Shown here in pieces: positions 18,687-26,193 of a stretch of DNA of 32,000 nucleotides (position 1 is its first letter; every line of letters begins with the position of its first letter). This DNA comes from Alkanindiges illinoisensis DSM 15370. Its GTDB lineage: Bacteria > Pseudomonadota > Gammaproteobacteria > Pseudomonadales > Moraxellaceae. The translations under genes and the position numbers were made by a program. The notes beneath the pieces were generated by a model that was not told the origin of the DNA, made no database searches, and worked only from the letters and a program-made list of their open reading frames with translations. The stretch is from NCBI RefSeq assembly GCF_000619845.1, contig NZ_KK211037.1, positions 150,001-182,000 of the forward strand. Reading direction: 5' to 3'.

Positions 18687-19124
18687 TTGAACTTAAAAAA
18701 ATATTACTGGGCTTACTTTGGCCTTTATATTCTGTTTAATGTGATTTTATTGGCAATCAGCTTTTTTATTAATTTTGGCAGTAGCCTGTCGTTTTTGACG
18801 GCTTTTATTGCTGCTATTACTACCGGACAACTGTTTGTTAAAGACCAATTTAGAGCGCCCAATCCCGCTGAAAAAAAGCGGCTGCTCTGGGCATCACTGG
18901 CCATCAGCTGGGACAGTTCACTGGTGCTCACGCTGGTTGCACTGTCATTCATGGCATGGGCTGGTGAAAATATGGCGTTCTTAAGTCAAACCCTAAGCTC
19001 AGGCATTGGACTTACCATTATACTGATTGTGTTGATCATTTTGTTCTTAATCAGCTATGCCATGATCAGCTGGGCCTATGGCGGTATGGCACGCATGCTT
19101 GCGGCTAAAATCAAAAAAAGCTGA
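18687..19124 (+). CDS. small integral membrane protein (about 4 TM), unknown function; TTG start
   Basis: 145-aa ORF with four hydrophobic segments. AAGGAAAA Shine-Dalgarno 6 nt before the TTG. Confidence 0.6.
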   Translation: MNLKKYYWAYFGLYILFNVILLAISFFINFGSSLSFLTAFIAAITTGQLFVKDQFRAPNPAEKKRLLWASLAISWDSSLVLTLVALSFMAWAGENMAFLSQTLSSGIGLTIILIVLIILFLISYAMISWAYGGMARMLAAKIKKS

Positions 19125-19163
19125 TGCCAGCCAAGCGCATGCCATTTTAAATCTGAGCTGTGC

Positions 19164-19904
19164 TTACACATGCTCGGTTTGCAGGCTGCCGGGTTGTTGC
19201 GTGGCAAGCTGGATGGCCTGCATCACTTCCTCGACAGTCTGGCATACCACCACCTTGGCACAATGTTCAGGGCTTAAAAATCCCTCATTCACCGCATGCG
19301 CCAATTGGTCAATCAGGCCCTGATAATAGTTTTGCACATTAAACAGCACGATGGGCTTGCTGTGCTGCGCCAGTTGCCCCCAGGTTGCAACTTCCAGAAT
19401 TTCTTCAAACGTGCCAAGGCCACCGGGCAAGGCAACAAAAGCACTGGCACGCTCTGCCATCATGGCCTTGCGCTCGTGCATGGTGTCCACCACATACAAT
19501 TCGGTGAGTGTGGCATGGGCAATTTCGTTTTGCAGTAAAAATGCCGGAATTACACCCACCACTTCACCACCATGTGCCAGCACAGTATCGGCCACCTGAC
19601 CCATCAGGCCAATACTGGCGCCACCGTACACTACACCCAGATTGTTTTGGGCCAGTTGTTGTGCCAGTAAAATGGCCTGTTCACGGTAAACCGGCTTGTT
19701 GCCAGCACGTGAGCCACAATACAAGGCCACTAATGGCATGGTGGTTTTCATGCTCATGGCATGGCTAGGTTTTTCAGCATTGGGTTTTTCAGTTGGTGTA
19801 TTAGAAGATAAGCCAGTATGGGGCTTGGCATAAGGCTCAGTATTGGGATTTGAGCCGAGATAGGAAGACGTTGCTTGATTCATTGTTTCTCGTGATCCAT
19901 TCAT
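19164..19904 (-). CDS. LOG family protein (TIGR00730-type, cytokinin riboside 5'-monophosphate phosphoribohydrolase-like) with uncertain ~50-aa N-terminal extension
   Basis: Motifs GGASIGLMG and PGGLGTFEEILE. The conserved domain starts near MPLVALYCGSRAG. Alternative starts at M50, M52 and M56 (nt 19757, 19751, 19739) lack a good Shine-Dalgarno. Confidence 0.85.
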   Translation of the reverse strand: MNGSRETMNQATSSYLGSNPNTEPYAKPHTGLSSNTPTEKPNAEKPSHAMSMKTTMPLVALYCGSRAGNKPVYREQAILLAQQLAQNNLGVVYGGASIGLMGQVADTVLAHGGEVVGVIPAFLLQNEIAHATLTELYVVDTMHERKAMMAERASAFVALPGGLGTFEEILEVATWGQLAQHSKPIVLFNVQNYYQGLIDQLAHAVNEGFLSPEHCAKVVVCQTVEEVMQAIQLATQQPGSLQTEHV

Positions 19905-19974
19905 AGGAATGACCAGTTCCTTATAGCGGAACTGTCATGTCAGTAAAGCTTTGCAAGGATAAGGATTATAATGA

Positions 19975-20047
19975 CCCGCCCAGTGCCTCTATGGCACCCC
20001 TTGTCATGGCAGAGCTTGTCCATGAGGGACGGCCATAACGGGCGCGG
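19975..20047. repeat. extragenic palindromic repeat, copy C of the GACARGCTC-core family (reverse orientation)
   Basis: The reverse complement contains CATGGACAAGCTCTGCCATGA. Internal hairpins GTGCC TCTAT GGCAC and TCATGG N10 CCATGA. CCCGCC ... GGCGCGG ends. Confidence 0.5.
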
Positions 20048-20390
20048 CTTATAGCATGATGATAGCGGGTAATGATGCAAGTTTTGAGTGGCGCTTTGCG
20101 TGCTTTTGCAGCGTTTTACAGGGCTTTATTTATTGTATTGCTACGATTCGTCAATGAGTCATAGATTGGGTGTAACATGGTGCGCTTAAGCATTTGCTGG
20201 TTTGCATTTAATTAATGATTCTGTAGTGAATAGCTTGCTATCTAATTAACGAATTCCACTCAGTTAAGCTTTAATTTTCCTGCTAATAAAACGTAGTTAA
20301 AAAAGGATTAAACCCAAAAACCACCTGAAAAAAATAGGTTAATTATCTTTTAAATGTTTTTTAATCAGCTTCTTATACCAGCCAAGCATT

Positions 20391-21275
20391 TTAAACCAGC
20401 CGGGCACTCACTAGCACATAATGAACAAGTCCCTGTTTAGCCAAAAATGCACACAGCCGGGCAGTCATTTTAATTTTAAGCCAGTCTGCTTTTGCAGCCA
20501 CTGTCAGAATTTCTGGCGGGTCGAGCTGCTGAATATAGCGGGCAAACCCTGTAAAAACTTCGGCGTCAAGCACTTGCAGGCGGATGTCGGTAAAGCCTGC
20601 TTGCTGTAAGGTTGTTCTGATTTCATCATTTTTCAGCAGGTTTTGCGCAGGCACATAAGCCAGGTTGAGCAGCTTTAGCGTGAGGGTTTGATTTAAAAGC
20701 GAGGCTTGTGGCCAGTCATTACTTTTGCTTAAAGTGGTAAAGGCAATTCGTCCCTGTGGTTTGAGTGCAGCCATGTTGACGGCCAGAAAATCACTAAAAT
20801 GGGCGTGGTAGGCGGCATCCACACAAACTATGGCATCAAAGGCATGGTTTAAACGCTGATCCGGTAGCGGCAACTGGTCAAATGCGGCCTGATAAATGCC
20901 ATCAAGCTGTGGCAAGTTTGCCGCCTGTATGCGTGCAATGCAGGCAGGCTGGATTTCAAACGCGCTCAGGTGCCCAATACCAAACTGCTTTGTCCAGTAG
21001 AGCAAGCTGGCGCCTTGTCCACAGCCCAGATCAAGTACATGGTCATTGGCTTGCAGGCCAGCTGCCAGTCCCACTTGCTGCGCCAGTTGTGCACAGGCAA
21101 CCTGATAATCACTAGTATTGTGCCAAAAGCCCAGATTACTCCATGCCAGCAGGTTCGGGTCACCCAACAGCGTGCTGGCAATGGCAAAGCGGTGCTGGGA
21201 TAGCTGATGGTGTGATAAAGCGGGCAGCCATTGTTTAAGCTGCTGGGCAAGGATAGGTTTGAATTTGTTTTTCAT
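20391..21275 (-). CDS. class I SAM-dependent methyltransferase
   Basis: 294-aa ORF with the VLDLGCGQGAS glycine-rich SAM motif I and a downstream acidic motif (IVCVDAAYH). It starts 11 nt after the upstream oxidoreductase stop. Confidence 0.8.
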   Translation of the reverse strand: MKNKFKPILAQQLKQWLPALSHHQLSQHRFAIASTLLGDPNLLAWSNLGFWHNTSDYQVACAQLAQQVGLAAGLQANDHVLDLGCGQGASLLYWTKQFGIGHLSAFEIQPACIARIQAANLPQLDGIYQAAFDQLPLPDQRLNHAFDAIVCVDAAYHAHFSDFLAVNMAALKPQGRIAFTTLSKSNDWPQASLLNQTLTLKLLNLAYVPAQNLLKNDEIRTTLQQAGFTDIRLQVLDAEVFTGFARYIQQLDPPEILTVAAKADWLKIKMTARLCAFLAKQGLVHYVLVSARLV

Positions 21276-21286
21276 GGATAGGCCTG

Positions 21287-22618
21287 TCAGCGTGCCAACC
21301 CCTGCGTTTGCACCAGTAATGGCGCTTTACCGGCAAAAGCCGCCGTAACGCCCAATTGATTGGCCACCCACATGGCCGAAGTAACAGCAGATTCCAGAAT
21401 AGGCAGGCCTTCACACGACCATGAGCCACAAAAGAACACGCGCTGGCCGGGCTGCTGTTGCAATTGCTGCAACTGGCGCACCAGTCTGGTGGTGTGTTGA
21501 TCCACAATGGCCCGGGTGAGTTTAACCCGTGAAATCACCAGTTCGGGTTCGGGTTCAAATACCGGATTCCAGGTTTGAAATACTGGCGGCTTGCCGACCA
21601 GCGTTGGTTCAATGGCATTAATCCAGATACTGAACATTTGCTGGCTAAACTGTCGGTTCATGCTGTAGTTGAGTACTGTCCAGTCTTTGCGCTGAACAGG
21701 CATAAAGCGGGTATCACGGTGAATCACCAGTTCGCCACGATCAAACTGAAACTGTTTTAAAACCGCCAGCTCAGGCGCAAACTGCTGTGCATCCACAAAA
21801 TCCAGTTGGGTAGTAGGCGTGGCGACAATCACATAGTCATACAGTCCCTGTTCACCGCGTGCATTGCGCACCAATACCTGCTGGCCCTGTTGCTGCACTT
21901 GCTCCACTTTAGCGCCGCTAATGCTGGGAATATCCTTGATTAACGCATTCACCAGCGCTGGTGTACCGCCCTGCATGCGCAGCAAAGGCTCGCCATCCAG
22001 CAGTTTTTCCAGAAACGCCAGCAAAGGCTTGGCCGGCCAGCGCGCAATATGTTGTGGCTCACAGGTGCAAATGGTGTTGACCACAGGCAGCACCGTGCCA
22101 TACCAAAATAGCGGGTCAAATGAATGTAAGCTGGCAAACTCAGCCAGACTCATATCCTGATGGGGATGCTGCTTAAACTGCTTGAGTGCTTTTTTAAGTT
22201 GCAACAATCCCTTAACCAGCTTGAGCGTATCGCGGTTAATAAAGCGTAGGCTGGCCGCAGTGGGCAAATTGCCCAGACGGGTACGCTGGCTTTTAAACCA
22301 TGGCGTCAGGCGTGGGGAACGGTCAATTTCTCCATCCAGCCAGTTACATGACATGAAAGTATTCACCCGGAACACGGGCACCTGCATGTGGCTGGCCAAA
22401 GCCAGTGTATTACGCCACAGTGAGGGATTCATAACCCGTAGCGGGGCATCAATAATGCCGCCATCCAGCATTACCGTATGGCTATCCATGCCGCGTCCAT
22501 TCAAGGCTTCATAAATAGTCACCGCAAAGCCGGCATCTTTCATCAGGCGTGCTGCAGCAAGGCCTGCCATGCCGCTTCCAATGATTGCAACGGTTTTTGT
22601 CATGTGGCTTTTCGTCAT
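21287..22618 (-). CDS. NAD(P)/FAD-dependent oxidoreductase (COG2907-like, amine-oxidase fold)
   Basis: 443-aa ORF with the N-terminal dinucleotide-binding motif VAIIGSGMAGLAAARLM...IYEA. The start could be M1 (22618) or M6 (22603). Confidence 0.8.
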   Translation of the reverse strand: MTKSHMTKTVAIIGSGMAGLAAARLMKDAGFAVTIYEALNGRGMDSHTVMLDGGIIDAPLRVMNPSLWRNTLALASHMQVPVFRVNTFMSCNWLDGEIDRSPRLTPWFKSQRTRLGNLPTAASLRFINRDTLKLVKGLLQLKKALKQFKQHPHQDMSLAEFASLHSFDPLFWYGTVLPVVNTICTCEPQHIARWPAKPLLAFLEKLLDGEPLLRMQGGTPALVNALIKDIPSISGAKVEQVQQQGQQVLVRNARGEQGLYDYVIVATPTTQLDFVDAQQFAPELAVLKQFQFDRGELVIHRDTRFMPVQRKDWTVLNYSMNRQFSQQMFSIWINAIEPTLVGKPPVFQTWNPVFEPEPELVISRVKLTRAIVDQHTTRLVRQLQQLQQQPGQRVFFCGSWSCEGLPILESAVTSAMWVANQLGVTAAFAGKAPLLVQTQGLAR

Positions 22619-22715
22619 GTTGAATCGTCAGTTCCAGGGTCAGTGGCGTCAGGTAAAACAGGGTGCCACAGTGCCTTAAAATAAGGCGAAAGTCCATGAC
22701 TGGCGTGACATCCAA

Positions 22716-22729
22716 GCCCGGCAGGAAGT
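22716..22729. repeat. left arm of a 14-bp perfect inverted repeat (GCCCGGCAGGAAGT)
   Basis: Exact reverse complement of 23010-23023. It lies in the 5' leader of the oxidoreductase operon. Confidence 0.6.
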
Positions 22730-23009
22730 GGTCAGGACAGCGGCAATTAACCCATAGTTTGGCCAGCGGATTCCTTGCAACAAACAGCCCTACAGCTTAA
22801 CCCTAACTTAATTTTGAGGATTTATAAGTACATAGCTTTATCGTTCACATGATTGGTAACATAATTTAATGAAACCTGTCGGAAAAAACTTAATGAAGCT
22901 GGCGTAAATCCTGCTTTATACTGCTATCACTTTTGGTCAGAAAATTTTTCTTATGAGTAGTGGTTGTTGTCCCTTGGCACCCTATAGTCCTGATGACTTA
23001 TCTCTCCTT

Positions 23010-23023
23010 ACTTCCTGCCGGGC
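23010..23023. repeat. right arm of a 14-bp perfect inverted repeat (ACTTCCTGCCGGGC)
   Basis: Exact reverse complement of 22716-22729. It lies in the 5' leader of the yoaE-like gene. Confidence 0.6.
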
Positions 23024-23107
23024 CTGTCGCATGACGCTGTCATCCAGCGGGTTTACCGATTGCCATAACAAGATAGCTACTGGGTACAGTATTCAGGAGG
23101 CTACATC

Positions 23108-24694
23108 ATGATGTTTGAATGGATTTCTGACCCGTCCGCCTGGCTTGGACTTGCCACGCTGGTCATTCTGGAAATTGTGCTGGGTATTGATAACCTGGTG
23201 TTCATTGCCATTCTGGCCGAAAAATTACCTCCTGAGCAACGCAACAAGGCACGCCTGGTTGGCCTTGGGTTAGCGTTACTCATGCGCTTTGTGCTGCTGG
23301 CGTCCATTGCCTGGATTGTCACCCTCACTGAACCGCTGTTTAACATCATGGGTTACGACTTTTCCGGGCGTGACCTGATCCTGATGTTTGGCGGTGTGTT
23401 CCTGTTATTTAAGGGCACCATGGAGTTGCATGAGCGGCTGGAAGGCCGACAGGCACCCAAGGAAGGCAATGTAGTGCATGCCGCTTTCTGGGTGGTGATT
23501 GCCCAGATTGTGGTGCTGGATGCCGTGTTCTCGCTGGATAGTGTGATTACGGCAGTGGGCATGGTGCAGCATTTGTCCATCATGATGATTGCCGTCACCA
23601 TTGCCATTGGCATCATGATGCTGGCTTCCAGACCGTTAATGACATTTGTGTCCAAACATCCAACGGTGGTGATTCTTTGTCTGGGCTTTTTGATGATGAT
23701 TGGCTTTTCGCTAATTGTCGAAGGCTTTGGCTTTCATATTCCCAAAGGCTATTTGTATGCAGCAATTGGCTTCTCGGTCATTATTGAAGCCTTTAACCAG
23801 ACCGCACGCCGCAACCGCGAACGCCTGATTACCACCAGTGACCTGCGTGAGCGCACCGCCGATGCCGTCCTGCGCCTGCTGGGTGGCAAGCGTACCGATG
23901 TAGAACCGGTAGAATTGGGTGAAACTGCCGATGTACTGGCCAAGGAATCGCTGGCCAATGAAGTGTTTACCCCGGAAGAAAAAGGCATGATTCATGGCGT
24001 GCTCAGCCTTGCTGAACGTCCGGTCAAGTCGATCATGACGCCGCGCCCTGATATTGAATGGATTGATCTGGAAGAAGATGAAGAATCCATTCGCCAGCAA
24101 ATCATGAACATGAATCACTCAAGGCTGCTGCTGGCGCGTGACAATCTGGACAATCTGGAAGGGATTGCCCTCAATCACAACCTGCTGAACAACTATCTGG
24201 AAACCGGCAAGCTGGGGGTGGAACAGGCCTTGCGTCAGCCACTGGTGGTGCATGAAAACATCAAGGTACTGAGCCTGATGGAACAGTTGCGTCAGGCGCC
24301 GTTGCAAATGGCCATTATCCTCAATGAATATGGCTCAATTGAAGGGATTGCCACACCCATTGATATTCTGGAAGCCATTGCCGGTGAATTTCCCGATGAG
24401 CATGATGATGACGACTGCGAAGTGCAGCTTGAGGACGGTTCGTGGATTGTTGATGGTTCCAGCGACATCCGCCGTGTTTCCCTGCTGACTGATGTGGATC
24501 TGGTCGATGATGCCGAGCAATATTCCACGCTGGCTGGCTACCTGCTGCTACAACTGGGTCACTTGCCCGAGCAGGGAGAAAAAGTAGTGAGCGATGGGCT
24601 GGTATTTGAAATTATTTCGCTGGATGGCCGCAAAATTGAGAAGGTGAAAATCCAACCTTCTAGCGGTATGGAAGATCTGGCCAACGACCAGTAG
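23108..24694 (+). CDS. yoaE: TerC family membrane protein with CBS pair and CorC/HlyC C-terminal domain (YoaE-like)
   Basis: The 528-aa ORF is collinear with E. coli YoaE ([86 protein letters not shown]). AGGAGG Shine-Dalgarno 7 nt upstream. Confidence 0.92.
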   Translation: MMFEWISDPSAWLGLATLVILEIVLGIDNLVFIAILAEKLPPEQRNKARLVGLGLALLMRFVLLASIAWIVTLTEPLFNIMGYDFSGRDLILMFGGVFLLFKGTMELHERLEGRQAPKEGNVVHAAFWVVIAQIVVLDAVFSLDSVITAVGMVQHLSIMMIAVTIAIGIMMLASRPLMTFVSKHPTVVILCLGFLMMIGFSLIVEGFGFHIPKGYLYAAIGFSVIIEAFNQTARRNRERLITTSDLRERTADAVLRLLGGKRTDVEPVELGETADVLAKESLANEVFTPEEKGMIHGVLSLAERPVKSIMTPRPDIEWIDLEEDEESIRQQIMNMNHSRLLLARDNLDNLEGIALNHNLLNNYLETGKLGVEQALRQPLVVHENIKVLSLMEQLRQAPLQMAIILNEYGSIEGIATPIDILEAIAGEFPDEHDDDDCEVQLEDGSWIVDGSSDIRRVSLLTDVDLVDDAEQYSTLAGYLLLQLGHLPEQGEKVVSDGLVFEIISLDGRKIEKVKIQPSSGMEDLANDQ

Positions 24695-24724
24695 GACAAA
24701 AATATAAGCCAGTAGGCCTGTTGC

Positions 24725-25063
24725 TCAGGCCATACTGGGCATTAAATGGCGATGTAGCCAGCGCATGCCTTTTGGCGTAATCAGGACTTGTGAGCGAAAT
24801 CCGGTTTCACCGGTACTGTGGGTAAATTCTACCGGACGCTGTACCAGTAGTCCGGCATTGAGCTTGTCCTGATAGCCCAACCAGTGTTTGGCGGGTTTAT
24901 AGATCAGCTTTAAGGCATGCAATTGTTGAATAAAGGCCTTGGGTGCTATGCCAAAATACTTGGCAGCCTCGGTTAAACAAATAGAGCGATCAATCAACGC
25001 CTGCTTTTCCTGCTGAAACAGGGTGAGCTGACGATAATAATCACCATTGGGTAAACTCGACAT
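24725..25063 (-). CDS. KilAC (phage antirepressor C-terminal, ANT-type) domain protein, stand-alone
   Basis: LTEAAKYFGIAPKAFIQQLHALKLIY...WLGYQDKLNAGLL...SQVLITPKGMRWL matches the KilAC domain pattern. Start set at M13 of the tracked ORF (24725..25099), which has a GAGG Shine-Dalgarno 8 nt upstream. Confidence 0.7.
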   Translation of the reverse strand: MSSLPNGDYYRQLTLFQQEKQALIDRSICLTEAAKYFGIAPKAFIQQLHALKLIYKPAKHWLGYQDKLNAGLLVQRPVEFTHSTGETGFRSQVLITPKGMRWLHRHLMPSMA

Positions 25064-25329
25064 GAAAAACCTCGTTTGGTTGAAAAAAACATCATGCAAT
25101 TACTACTTTGACCAAGCGCTTCAGGCAACTCAATCCGTATTAAGTTCTTTATATATTAGGGTGTTTAAAAAATAATCAAGCTAATAACCATGAGTTAATT
25201 AACATATAAATCAATGGAATATGTCTTAAATTTTAACTAAAACACCACTGTCATATAGCGTAGACCCAATGAATTTAAATTAGATAAACTACAAAACAAC
25301 TAAGGTAATTTTAGTAAATTTTTATAATT

Positions 25330-25342
25330 CTCAGCAGCTGAG
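25330..25342. promoter_or_regulatory. 13-nt palindrome CTCAGCAGCTGAG in the AT-rich KilAC/BLUF divergent intergenic region; candidate operator
   Basis: Read from the sequence. A GCTGAG half-site recurs about 30 nt downstream, just before the BLUF-1 start. Confidence 0.25.
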
Positions 25343-25381
25343 AAAACCTAATTCAAGCAATAACTTAAGCTGAGTAATGAC

Positions 25382-25948
25382 ATGACAAATCACTATAGCC
25401 GAATGGTCTATGCCAGTAAGGCCACTTTTAAACCCTTTAAAGCAGGTGACAGCATCGACAAGGACGTGAAGGACATCCTGACCACTGCCCGCCGTGAGAA
25501 CAAAAAAAATAATCTGGTGGGCGCGCTGTATTATGGCAATGGCTGCTTTTTTCAGTGTCTGGAGGGCAACCAGCAGGATATTGACCAGCTTTATGCCAAG
25601 CTGGAAAAAGATCCACGTCATCACGAGCTAAAGGTTTTATCACTTGAGCCAGTTGAACAACGCAGTTTTTCATCGTGGGAAATGAAATACGCCACCATTG
25701 ACCGTGAAGTACGGGCCTTTTTAAGAACCCATCAGATGGGCAAATTTAACCCCTACCGCTTTAGCCCTGAAATGACGGCTGAACTGGTTGGGTTGCTGCA
25801 ACAGGCTGATGAAAATGCTGGGGAATTCCATGAGCCAACTGCCCGCCAGCCTGAGAATCGCGGCGTTAGTATGACAGTATTCTGGCTCACCAATATCATT
25901 AGCATTATTGCCACCGCCATCATTACCTTATGGCTGGTGCAGGCTTAA
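25382..25948 (+). CDS. BLUF-domain blue-light photoreceptor with C-terminal transmembrane tail anchor (paralog 1)
   Basis: 188-aa ORF. BLUF hallmarks: Tyr in RMVYASKAT, Gln in FFQCLEG, DPRH, and Trp-x-Met in SSWEMKY. The C-terminus MTVFWLTNIISIIATAIITLWLV is uniformly hydrophobic. Confidence 0.85.
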   Translation: MTNHYSRMVYASKATFKPFKAGDSIDKDVKDILTTARRENKKNNLVGALYYGNGCFFQCLEGNQQDIDQLYAKLEKDPRHHELKVLSLEPVEQRSFSSWEMKYATIDREVRAFLRTHQMGKFNPYRFSPEMTAELVGLLQQADENAGEFHEPTARQPENRGVSMTVFWLTNIISIIATAIITLWLVQA

Positions 25949-25973
25949 ATAACAGTCATTGATTGAGGCGCAT

Positions 25974-26016
25974 CTGCTTGAAAATGAGGCTTTTGCTCGC
26001 CACCATTTTCAAGCAG
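25974..26016 (+). terminator. strong hairpin (13-bp perfect stem, 17-nt loop) between the BLUF paralogs; possible terminator or processing site
   Basis: CTGCTTGAAAATG ... CATTTTCAAGCAG, 26 nt after the BLUF-1 stop. There is no downstream T-tract, so the intrinsic-terminator call is tentative. Confidence 0.45.
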
Positions 26017-26193
26017 GCCATGCTCTAGGTACTGTACGCTGTAGGGTGCCCGAACAATAAGCTTTTCTCCAAACCAGCTCACACCAAATTTATCAATTGG
26101 TATCTTTTGGTTAGAAAACTGCAAAGTAATCAGCTATCGTCGAAAAATCTGTATAGGGTGAAAGTCTGGACTGGACTATATGGGTAAATCGAG

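Noticed and set aside
22509-22715. A 68-aa TTG-initiated ORF upstream of and overlapping the oxidoreductase start, considered as a possible frameshifted N-terminus.
   Set aside because: The oxidoreductase already begins with its Rossmann motif a few residues after the start, so no N-terminal extension is missing. The upstream ORF has no recognisable content.
22900-23107. Possible yybP-ykoY (manganese) riboswitch in the leader of the TerC-family gene, prompted by GAGTAG and ACAAGATAGC fragments.
   Set aside because: I found only two short fragments resembling the conserved GGGGAGUAG and CAAGA elements. I could not build the P1 pairing or the four-way junction by eye. A cmscan with RF00080 would be needed, so this is treated as unsupported.
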